Below, piece by piece: positions 50,952 through 57,981 of a stretch of 64,000 nt of DNA. The stretch's first letter is position 1. The number at the start of each line of letters is the position of its first letter. A model generated the notes under the pieces. The model saw only the letters and a list, made by a program, of their open reading frames with translations, was not told the DNA's origin and did no database searches. Where the stretch lies: positions 568,944 through 632,943 of the forward strand of contig OZ245324.1 of the NCBI GenBank assembly GCA_965225795.1, read 5' to 3'. The stretch comes from Dehalococcoidia bacterium. GTDB taxonomy: Bacteria; Chloroflexota; Dehalococcoidia; Lucifugimonadales; JADFKI01. The position numbers and the translations under genes were made by a program.

Positions 50952-51290
50952 TTAGCGACGTTCTTTTATGCGGGCGGCGCGTCCTGACAGGCCGCGCAGG
51001 TAGTATAGGCGGGAACGGCGCACTTTGCCACGGCGCGTTACCTTCACGGATTCCACATTGGGAGAATGCATGAGGAAAGTGCGCTCGACGCCGATTTCGT
51101 AGCTTACGCGACGCACGGTAAAGGAGGCACCAGGGCCTCCGCCGCGCTTGCGTATGACGACGCCCTGAAACGCCTGCAAGCGAGTTCGTTCGCCTTCGGT
51201 TACCCTGATTTCGACGCGCACGGTGTCACCGGGCTGAAACTCTTCGATATTGGGGTTAGGCTCCAATTGGATGAGCTGATATGCTTCCAT
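50952..51290 (-). CDS. rplS: 50S ribosomal protein L19.
   Basis: 112 aa. FQPGDTVRV...EG.R.R.Q.F.GVVI..RG.G....FTVR is the canonical L19 pattern. Confidence 0.95.
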   Translation of the reverse strand: MEAYQLIQLEPNPNIEEFQPGDTVRVEIRVTEGERTRLQAFQGVVIRKRGGGPGASFTVRRVSYEIGVERTFLMHSPNVESVKVTRRGKVRRSRLYYLRGLSGRAARIKERR

Positions 51291-51432
51291 AAGAAGATCC
51301 CTGACGCAGGTTGTGTTTATTCAAATCGTACATGACATTGTATCGCCAAGTCAGTAAAGTACGCAAGGTTTTGACCGAGCTCAGGTGTCAGCTACCAGCT
51401 TTCAAGGAACAGAGGGTCATAAACTATGTTGC

Positions 51433-51663
51433 GTGGACAATTGGCATTTGGCCCCTGTCATTCTGAGTGAAGCGAGAGATCTTAAGTTTGTGAATGGCGC
51501 ATGTGCAACGAGTTTAGATTCTTCACTCCGCTGCGCTGCGTTCAGAATGACAGAGGGTGAAGGCGCTGCGTTCAGAATGACAGGGGCTGAAAGCACTGCG
51601 TTCAGAACGACGGAATAAGCCTACTTTTCAGGTCCAAAACGCTCTGTGTATCAAATGTCAACA
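51433..51663 (+). repeat. MITE-like repeat element, copy 1 (three internal ~31-nt tandem units).
   Basis: Shares with copies 2 and 3 the ends GTGGACA... / ...ATGTCAACA. It also shares the long hairpin core GTCATTCTGAGTGAAGCGAGAGATCT..AGATTCTTCACTCCGCTGCGCTGCGTTCAGAATGAC and the tail GGTCCAAAACGCTCTGTGTATCA. Confidence 0.85.
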
Positions 51664-51820
51664 GAACCTAACAAGACGGCTGACTATCAACCCCCACCGC
51701 TGTTTTTGCAATGGCTGGCTCTAGCATTCCTCTAAGGAGTGGCAAGGTACTATGAGTTAGGGGCTTCGGTTGCGGTTGCGTTCGCGCTTGAGGCGGCGCT
51801 CTTCTCTTTCGAGTCGCCTG

Positions 51821-52156
51821 TCATCCTGCGCATCGGGCGAATAGGTCTGCTCTTGCCTTGCGCTCCGCTGTCTCCGCCGCTCGCTCCAGTATCTCCTGCT
51901 CCCTTGCCCACGCCTCGCGCTGCTCCTCCGTGGGTGGCGTGTGGCTCTGAATGACGTCCGGATGGTCTTCATCCAGGTCCTTGCAGACGCAGAGGCAGTC
52001 GGGGTGACAGGGGGCGTAGAACATCATGAAGTCAGGGTCGGGCTGCGCTGGGTTGCCAAATCCCCAATGAAGCAGGACTTTAGCCGCTTCTATCCTGTCG
52101 CGAGTCCTTGCGTCAGGGTCGTTTCCTTCCAGAATCTCCAGCAGGACTCTTACCAT
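51821..52156 (-). CDS. Hypothetical protein, member of the DPD..R..AA..LL..GFG motif family; Cys-rich middle segment.
   Basis: MVRVLLEILEGNDPDARTRDRIEAAKVLLHWGFG matches the motif in ORFs 2-1042 and 52150-52545. The start overlaps the upstream stop (ATGGTAA). Confidence 0.5.
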   Translation of the reverse strand: MVRVLLEILEGNDPDARTRDRIEAAKVLLHWGFGNPAQPDPDFMMFYAPCHPDCLCVCKDLDEDHPDVIQSHTPPTEEQREAWAREQEILERAAETAERKARADLFARCAG

Positions 52157-52545
52157 ACTCGCTCCGCCCTCTGAGTCAACGCGGATGCGTGCGACGAGGG
52201 TTTCTTGTTCACCTTCTCGTGTTCAGGGCTGAGTGGCTGCTGTGCGGGCTGTGAGCCATCCTGCGCTTCATCGTCATACTGCGAGGCAGCATTGCGCTGA
52301 TGTCCTGAGCTGCCCAGGGCTTCTCTGGCTTCTTCGAAGCCGAGCCTGAGCAGGATGCGCGCCGACTGGAGGCGGTGAGAGGGCTTGCCGTCGGGGTCCT
52401 CGCCGTTCATGATGGAGACGAGGTTGCGGATGATGGTTCTGCCACCTTGCGTCTCTTCGAGGACGATGCGCTGTATGCGCTGAAGGGTGTCTATGGGGAT
52501 GTGCTGCGAATCTACATCCCGTTGCTGATGGATGGGCTCAATCAT
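52150..52545 (-). CDS. Hypothetical protein, member of the DPD..R..AA..LL..GF motif family.
   Basis: GRTIIRNLVSIMNGEDPDGKPSHRLQSARILLRLGFEE carries the motif; 131 aa. Confidence 0.5.
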   Translation of the reverse strand: MIEPIHQQRDVDSQHIPIDTLQRIQRIVLEETQGGRTIIRNLVSIMNGEDPDGKPSHRLQSARILLRLGFEEAREALGSSGHQRNAASQYDDEAQDGSQPAQQPLSPEHEKVNKKPSSHASALTQRAERVW

Positions 52546-52619
52546 GTGTTCTGATTATAGGGACAAGTGTTTGTGTTGTCAAGGGGGAGATTAGCAGTCA
52601 GCGGTCAGTTAGCTAGGTT

Positions 52620-52861
52620 GTGGTGACATTTTGAGGTTGTCTTTCATTACTTCTGTCATTTCAAGTGAAGCGAGAAATCTGAAATCGGAGACTGGTGGGT
52701 GCGCGGCGACTTTAGATTCTTCACTCCGCTGCGCTGCGTTCAGAATGACAAGGGATGAAGGCGCTGGGTTCAGAATGACAGGGGATGAAAGCGCTGGGTT
52801 CAGAATGACAGAGTAAACATACATTTCGGGTCTAAAACGCTTTGTGTATCACATGTCAACA
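52620..52861 (+). repeat. MITE-like repeat element, copy 2 (three internal tandem units).
   Basis: Same ends, hairpin core and tail as copies 1 and 3, in the same orientation. Confidence 0.85.
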
Positions 52862-52991
52862 CGTCCTAGTGTGCTTTGGCAGGCTCAGACCGAATATTTA
52901 GGTTTACATGGATGAAAGGGCAAGGATGGGAATGAGCTGGCTAGTGGAGTGATATACTGTGTGCGGATTTTCCATTTCTAGGCGGTGGGAA

Positions 52992-53693
52992 TTGATTGAG
53001 GCTATAGTATTCGATTTTGATGGCTTGATTCTGGATACGGAGACTCCTGAGTTCGACACTTGGCAGGAGGTTTTCGAATCCCACGGCGTAAGGTTGGAGC
53101 GGGGGACATGGGATTTGTCGATTGGGCGGCACAGCAAGGACTTTGATATATATAAGCATCTTGCAGACTTGACGGGCCAGCACATAGAGCAGGAAGCTGT
53201 CAGGCCGAAGATGCGCCGCCGCTATCTTGAGCGCATAGATGAAAATCCTGTTCTGCCGGGCGTGGGGGATTACCTTGCATCGGCGAAAGACATGGGGTTG
53301 AGGCTTGCGGTTGCTTCAAGTTCGTCACCCGGTTGGGCCGTGGGACATCTGGAGCAAAGGAGTTTGCTACATTACTTTGAATTCGTGCTGAGTCATGGCG
53401 ACGTTACGAATGGCAAGCCTGATCCAGAGTTGTACACAATGTCCTTAACACGCCTTGGGGTACGGCCTCAAAACGCTTTTGCGATTGAGGATTCCGTCAA
53501 CGGACTCACTGCCGCGAAGGCTGCGGGGCTTCAGTGTGTGGTCGTGCCGAACCCAATGACGCGAGGTATGGATTTTGGATTGGCTGACATTTGCCTGGAC
53601 GCGCTTTCCGACCTGCCTCTTAAGTGCCTGCTTGAAGAGCTAGAATATCAGGCGCCTAGCGGGAATGATGACTTATCAAAAGCGAAAGTTTGA
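52992..53693 (+). CDS. HAD-superfamily hydrolase (beta-phosphoglucomutase/phosphatase-like).
   Basis: FDFDGLILDTE motif I, VASSS motif II, and GKPDPE / EDSVNG motifs III-IV. The probable TTG start at 52992 follows GGTGGGA; the track start is 52959. Confidence 0.85.
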   Translation: MIEAIVFDFDGLILDTETPEFDTWQEVFESHGVRLERGTWDLSIGRHSKDFDIYKHLADLTGQHIEQEAVRPKMRRRYLERIDENPVLPGVGDYLASAKDMGLRLAVASSSSPGWAVGHLEQRSLLHYFEFVLSHGDVTNGKPDPELYTMSLTRLGVRPQNAFAIEDSVNGLTAAKAAGLQCVVVPNPMTRGMDFGLADICLDALSDLPLKCLLEELEYQAPSGNDDLSKAKV

Positions 53694-53786
53694 GTTATTA
53701 TCTGTAAGTGTTGCTGCTATGGCTTGCTTTGCGGAACAGTGCCAGACGTTACACTCGGAATCGATAGTAAGTGGCAGGAGGTAGTC

Positions 53787-54260
53787 ATGCCAAAGGTAAG
53801 CGGACTAGGACATGTGGGAATATATGTGAACGACCTTATGGGGCAGCGAGACTTTTACTCGCGTGTGATGGGCCTGGAGATCACGGATGAGGACCTGGAG
53901 CAGCGCAGAATGGTGTTCCTGAGCGCGAACCCTGATGTGGAGCATCACGAGTTCGTACTGATGGAGGGACGCGATGTGCCATCGGACGCGAAGCTAGTGC
54001 AGCAGATTTCCTTCACCGTGGAGACGATAGCGGAGCTGAAGGACTTCTATCGCACTTTTAGCGACGAGGGCGTCAAAATCCAACGCATCGTGAGCCATGG
54101 CAATGCCTTCGGGATGTATGCGGACGACCCGGAGGGCAATACACTTGAGGTCTATTACAAGACGGGGCTGGATGTGCCGCAGCCGCACGGCGACCACATC
54201 GAGTTGGACATGTCGGATGAAGAACTGATGTCGATCGCTGAGGCGGCGGTGCCTAACTAG
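53787..54260 (+). CDS. VOC-family protein (glyoxalase/extradiol-dioxygenase-like).
   Basis: LGHVGIYVNDL..FYSRVMGLEITD, HHEF and DPEGNTLEVY motifs. ATG 53787 follows an AGGAGG RBS. Confidence 0.85.
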   Translation: MPKVSGLGHVGIYVNDLMGQRDFYSRVMGLEITDEDLEQRRMVFLSANPDVEHHEFVLMEGRDVPSDAKLVQQISFTVETIAELKDFYRTFSDEGVKIQRIVSHGNAFGMYADDPEGNTLEVYYKTGLDVPQPHGDHIELDMSDEELMSIAEAAVPN

Positions 54261-54278
54261 AAACGAATTCTTCAGACA

Positions 54279-54312
54279 GGCGACGCTGCGGGATTACCAG
54301 TGCAGCGTCGCC
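54279..54312 (+). terminator. Hairpin terminator after the VOC gene.
   Basis: The 11-bp stem GGCGACGCTGC / GCAGCGTCGCC has a 12-nt loop. The downstream tract is only weakly T-rich. Confidence 0.5.
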
Positions 54313-54409
54313 ATATTAATGGCATGAGCCATGGCATGAGCCAATTCCGCGCGAACGCGTTGGACAAGCTCCGACCTTCTTTTATAAAGAGTTTGGATAC
54401 TAGGTCGTG

Positions 54410-54588
54410 TGGACATTTTGAAGTTGCGTTTCATTACTTCTGTCATTTCGAGTGAAGCGAGAAATCTGAAATCGGAGAATGGTTTATGTACAACGATTTT
54501 AGATTCTTCACTCCGCTGCGCTGCGTTCAGAATGACAGAATGGATCTACTCTTCAGGTCTAAAACGCTCTGTGTATCAGATGTCAACA
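54410..54588 (+). repeat. MITE-like repeat element, copy 3 (one internal unit).
   Basis: Same ends, hairpin core and tail as copies 1 and 2. It is shorter because only a single GTTCAGAATGACA unit is present. Confidence 0.85.
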
Positions 54589-54612
54589 TGTACTGGGTGG
54601 ACGAGTTAACAC

Positions 54613-54954
54613 ATGCCGGAAATAGCGAATACGGAAGGTGTTAGGTTGGAGTCTCGCTTGAACGATATGCGGATATTGGGAATGCCCGTGCAATTTGTCG
54701 CTGTCGTCACCATTAGCCTTGCGCTAACGATTTACTTCGGCGCTTGGGCTGCCGATGCGCGCGTGAGTGAGCGGGTGGCGCAATCCACGACGCAAAGTGT
54801 GCAGCAGTTCGACTTTTCGTCGGCTGCGGGTACGTCTTTCGGCTCCGGACAATCCGGCGGGCTAGGGCAGGACGTAGGCGCCCTGCAATACGGAAGCGCA
54901 GCGGAAGGGCAGGGATGGGAGAGGTTCTTCCTGGTCGCATGCCCGCTGCATTAA
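54613..54954 (+). CDS. Hypothetical small membrane-anchored protein.
   Basis: 113-aa ORF with one predicted TM helix (VQFVAVVTISLALTIYFGAW) and a G/S/Q-rich tail. It ends 18 nt before the MFS gene. No family was recognised. Confidence 0.35.
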   Translation: MPEIANTEGVRLESRLNDMRILGMPVQFVAVVTISLALTIYFGAWAADARVSERVAQSTTQSVQQFDFSSAAGTSFGSGQSGGLGQDVGALQYGSAAEGQGWERFFLVACPLH

Positions 54955-54972
54955 GGACTTTAAAACCAACCA

Positions 54973-56307
54973 ATGGCACGACAGCCTGAGCCATCCACAA
55001 GCCGCCCGCAGTCGAACTACGGGCGGGCCATTTATCCTCACTATGTCTGGGTGATTGTCGGTGTCATTGCGGTGATGCAGATGGTGGGCACGTCCATTCG
55101 CATGGCGTTCGGAGTGTTCATCGATCCACTGGAGCAGGAATTCCAGTGGAGCCAAGGGAGCATCACGCTGGCATACGCCATATCGAGCGTGGTGACCGCC
55201 TTGGCTTCTCCGTTTGCGGGCTGGTTCGGCGACCGATTTGGTGCGCGGCGGGCGATGGTGGTGGGCACAGCGATGTTCCTCGCGGGCATGCTGCTCACCG
55301 GACAGATAAGCACCATCTGGGAGCTATACCTGTACTTTGGAGTGCTGCTCGGAACCGCACAGGCGATATTCCTCGTTCCCCTGATACCTTCGGCGATGTA
55401 CTGGTTTCGGCGGCATCTGGGCATAGGCATGGGTCTGATAATGGCGTCGTGGGGGCTTGGGCCCGCGCTTGCAGCCATTGTCGTGAGCCTGCTGCTCGAA
55501 GGAATGGGCTGGCAGAACGGCTTTATGGCGCTCGGGGTGGGTTCGGCGGCGATCATGTTCGTGCTTATTGGGCTGTTCAGGGACAGACCGGAAGACAGGG
55601 GGATTCAGCCTTACGGGCACAGGCCGGGAGATCCGGAGATACAGAAGAGGGGGGCAAACCCGGCGAGGACGAAGCTGTTCAATGGGTACATGCGGAAGAC
55701 CGCCGCCTTCTGGAATATGAGCTCCATCCACTTCCTAGGTTGCGCGGGGCACGCCATTATATTGGTGTACATCGTGCCTTTGGCGGTGAACGAAGGGCTG
55801 ACGCTGGTGCAGGCGGCTGGCGTCCTCACTGTTCTGTCGGCGGTTAGCGTCATATCGCGCGTCTTCGTGCCGATAATGTGCGACAACATCGGCACTCGGA
55901 CGGTTATGTTCATCTTTTTCGCGGCGCAGGGCATCCTGGTGGTTATGCTGTTCTGGACGCACGACCTGTGGATGTTCTACATGTTCGCGGTGATATTCGG
56001 CATTGGGTATGGCGGCGAGACAGGCGGGTTCCCTATGCTAAACAGGCGTTATTACGGGCACGCGCCCACAGGCTCACCTTACGGCGTGCAGATGCTGGGC
56101 GCAGGCCTAGGCATGGCGCTGGGCGGCTGGATCGGCGGGCCCATCTTCGACATGTTCGGCAGCTACAATGTCGCGCTGTGGATTTCGATTGCGACAAGCC
56201 TGGCGGGCGCGCTGAACATACTGCTGCTGGAGCCCACGGACAAGCTGCTGATACCGGACTGGGAGGCAGTAGAAGAGCCGACGGCCAGGGCTGCTGCGGG
56301 GGATTGA
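54973..56307 (+). CDS. MFS transporter (oxalate/formate-antiporter-like).
   Basis: 444 aa with about 12 TM segments and a GWFGDRFGARR motif. Confidence 0.8.
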   Translation: MARQPEPSTSRPQSNYGRAIYPHYVWVIVGVIAVMQMVGTSIRMAFGVFIDPLEQEFQWSQGSITLAYAISSVVTALASPFAGWFGDRFGARRAMVVGTAMFLAGMLLTGQISTIWELYLYFGVLLGTAQAIFLVPLIPSAMYWFRRHLGIGMGLIMASWGLGPALAAIVVSLLLEGMGWQNGFMALGVGSAAIMFVLIGLFRDRPEDRGIQPYGHRPGDPEIQKRGANPARTKLFNGYMRKTAAFWNMSSIHFLGCAGHAIILVYIVPLAVNEGLTLVQAAGVLTVLSAVSVISRVFVPIMCDNIGTRTVMFIFFAAQGILVVMLFWTHDLWMFYMFAVIFGIGYGGETGGFPMLNRRYYGHAPTGSPYGVQMLGAGLGMALGGWIGGPIFDMFGSYNVALWISIATSLAGALNILLLEPTDKLLIPDWEAVEEPTARAAAGD

Positions 56308-56323
56308 ATCTGAAACTGTCTGC

Positions 56324-56887
56324 CTAAGCCTTGGCCTTTGCATTCATGAGCCAGTGCTGGTTTCTGGCGGGGCTGTCGAGCCATGTTTCTACGTTCTCCT
56401 GACGCTCTTCGGGCACTTCGACGCCAAGACCGTCTGCGAGGCGGGTCATGAAGTTGAAGTTGCAGGTGATCAGGACAACGGAGAGGATCTGCTCGTCTGT
56501 CAGGCCGTGCTTACGGAGGGCTGTAACGTCCGATTCCTGCATCCTGGTGGGTTCGCGCGTGAGCTTGGTGGCGTAGTCGAGCATCGCGCGGGTCTGCGTG
56601 TCGAGGTCGGCGTTGCGGTAGTCGTGCATGACATGGCTTGCCAGTTCCGGGTCGTTGGAGGCGTAACGGAGAAACTCTCCGTGAGCCATTGTTCAAAAGC
56701 GGCATTGGTTCTGAACTGAGACTGCGGTGGCGATCGCCTCCTCCTGCGTGCGGGTGAGTGCGGACGAGCCGAAGGTGATGGCGTTGTTCAGGTCATTGAC
56801 CGCCTTCATTGCGGAGGGGTTGATGGACATCACATTGATGACATTCGCCGAGTGCAGAGGTTCGTCGGCTTCACGAATCCAGGACAT
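56324..56887 (-). CDS. AhpD-like / carboxymuconolactone-decarboxylase-family peroxidase-related protein with a C-R-F-U redox motif; in-frame TGA at 56693-56695.
   Basis: Track ORFs 56693-56941 and 56324-56689 share one frame: ..EAIATAVSVQNQCRF-U-TMAHGEFLR.. The likely start is ATG 56887 (MSWIRE), which follows an AAGGAAAC RBS. Confidence 0.75.
56666..56682 (-). promoter_or_regulatory. Candidate bacterial SECIS hairpin for the AhpD-like gene.
   Basis: The mRNA ACGGAGA-GUU-UCUCCGU starts 11 nt after the UGA. Confidence 0.4.
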
Positions 56888-56950
56888 TTTCTGTTTCCTT
56901 TCAGATAGGTTTGTAAGTAAGTCGGTATGTTGGTGGGGCATTCACTGAGA

Positions 56951-57066
56951 CACCCCCATCCTAGCCTTCCCCCGTCGAGGGGGAAGGGACTTCGGGCCTG
57001 CATTTATGGACACTTTTGCCATTTACCTACCCCTATCAGCCCGTGAAGGGGGAAGAGGCATTTTTC
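56951..57066 (+). repeat. GC-rich hairpin repeat element (CACCCCCATCCTAGCCTTCCCCC-GTCGA-GGGGGAAGG plus a degenerate second module).
   Basis: Same consensus as 57879-57960, 60961-61006 and, inverted, 496-560. Confidence 0.7.
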
Positions 57067-57073
57067 TGGACGG

Positions 57074-57823
57074 TTAGTAAGTCGCCCTGCCGCCGCTGAT
57101 GTCGAAGACGCCGCCGGTGCTGAATGAGCACTCCTCGGATGCGAGCCAAGCGACGAGTGCGGCGATCTCGGAGATTTCGCCGGTGCGACCTATAGGTATG
57201 CGATCAACCATGTACTGCACCTGTTCAGGCGTCAGCTCGTCGAGGATGCGGGTGTGGACGACGGCGGGGGTGACGCAGTTGACGCGGATGCCAGACTTTG
57301 CAAGCTCTTTGCCGACGGATTTGGTGAGACCTATGACGGCAGCTTTTGTGGCGGAGTAGGGCACCATACGCGGGTTGCCTTCCTTGCCGGCGATGGAGGC
57401 GATGTTGACGATGCGCCCGTAGTCTCGGTCAAGCATGCTGGGAATGACGGCGTGGCAGAATGCGAAGACACCGCGCAGGTTTATGCGGTAGACGCGATCC
57501 ATCTCTTCCAGCGAGATCTCCCAGATGTTACCGTCGATGCCGGTGATGCCCGCGTTGTTAACGAGGATGTCGATGCGTCCCCAAGCGTCCAGAGCGGCTT
57601 CGACTGCGGCCTCAGCGGTGGACTGGTCGGAGACGTCTCCGACTACGAGGCGCGTCTCAGTGCCGCGCGCTGAGAGTTCGCTGGCGGATTGCTCGCCGAG
57701 TTCGCCGTCGATGTCCACCATGACGAGGCGTGCGCCATCGGACGCTAGGCGGCGAGCAATGCCATAGCCTATTCCGGTGGCTGCGCCCGTTACTATTGCT
57801 ACCTGTTCTTGGAATCGAGTCAT
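57074..57823 (-). CDS. SDR-family oxidoreductase (FabG/3-hydroxyacyl dehydrogenase-like).
   Basis: TGAATGIGYGIA, NNAG and YSATKAA motifs. The start was moved to ATG 57823 (GGAG RBS). The 36-aa extension in the track translates the repeat element. Confidence 0.85.
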   Translation of the reverse strand: MTRFQEQVAIVTGAATGIGYGIARRLASDGARLVMVDIDGELGEQSASELSARGTETRLVVGDVSDQSTAEAAVEAALDAWGRIDILVNNAGITGIDGNIWEISLEEMDRVYRINLRGVFAFCHAVIPSMLDRDYGRIVNIASIAGKEGNPRMVPYSATKAAVIGLTKSVGKELAKSGIRVNCVTPAVVHTRILDELTPEQVQYMVDRIPIGRTGEISEIAALVAWLASEECSFSTGGVFDISGGRATY

Positions 57824-57878
57824 AGCTTCTCCTAGATGTGCAGACCGAACCGGACCGGGGCGCTCGTCATCTTCACTA

Positions 57879-57960
57879 TCACCCCCACCCCAGCCTTCCC
57901 CCATCAAGGGGGAAGGGGTTTTTGCCCTCACCCTAACCCTCTCCCAGGGGGAGAGGGGAT
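57879..57960 (+). repeat. GC-rich hairpin repeat element, two tandem modules.
   Basis: CCTTCCCCC-ATCAA-GGGGGAAGG is followed by CCCTCTCCC-AGG-GGGAGAGGG. Both are preceded by TCACCC(C/T)A(C/A)CCC leaders. Confidence 0.7.
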
Positions 57961-57981
57961 ACGCGGTTTCACATAGGCTCG

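Noticed and set aside
51529-51612. Short-period tandem repeat (GTTCAGAATGACA every ~31 nt, also at 52728-52810) that superficially resembles a mini CRISPR array.
   Set aside because: There are only 2-3 units. The 'spacers' (~17 nt) are themselves near-identical between units and between loci. The array sits inside a larger repeated element, and no cas genes are present.
51385-51618. Track ORFs translating the MITE-like elements (also 52609-52824, 52631-52816 and 54409-54609), all containing ..SLRCAAFRMTE..
   Set aside because: The similarity is at the DNA level and extends beyond the ORFs on both sides and on both strands, so these are repeat-derived pseudo-ORFs.
53691-53789. The HAD hydrolase stop is TGA, and the frame stays open for about 31 codons into the VOC gene, suggesting another Sec read-through.
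   Set aside because: The TGA does not fall on any conserved Cys. The linker (VIICKCCCYGLLCG..) has no family resemblance. The VOC gene has its own strong AGGAGG RBS and ATG at 53787. No hairpin follows the TGA. A chance open frame of this length is plausible.
57824-57931. A 36-aa N-terminal extension of the SDR ORF (MRAKTPSPLMGEGWGGG..).
   Set aside because: It is a translation of the GC-rich hairpin repeat. The canonical Rossmann N-terminus starts at ATG 57823, which has a GGAG RBS.
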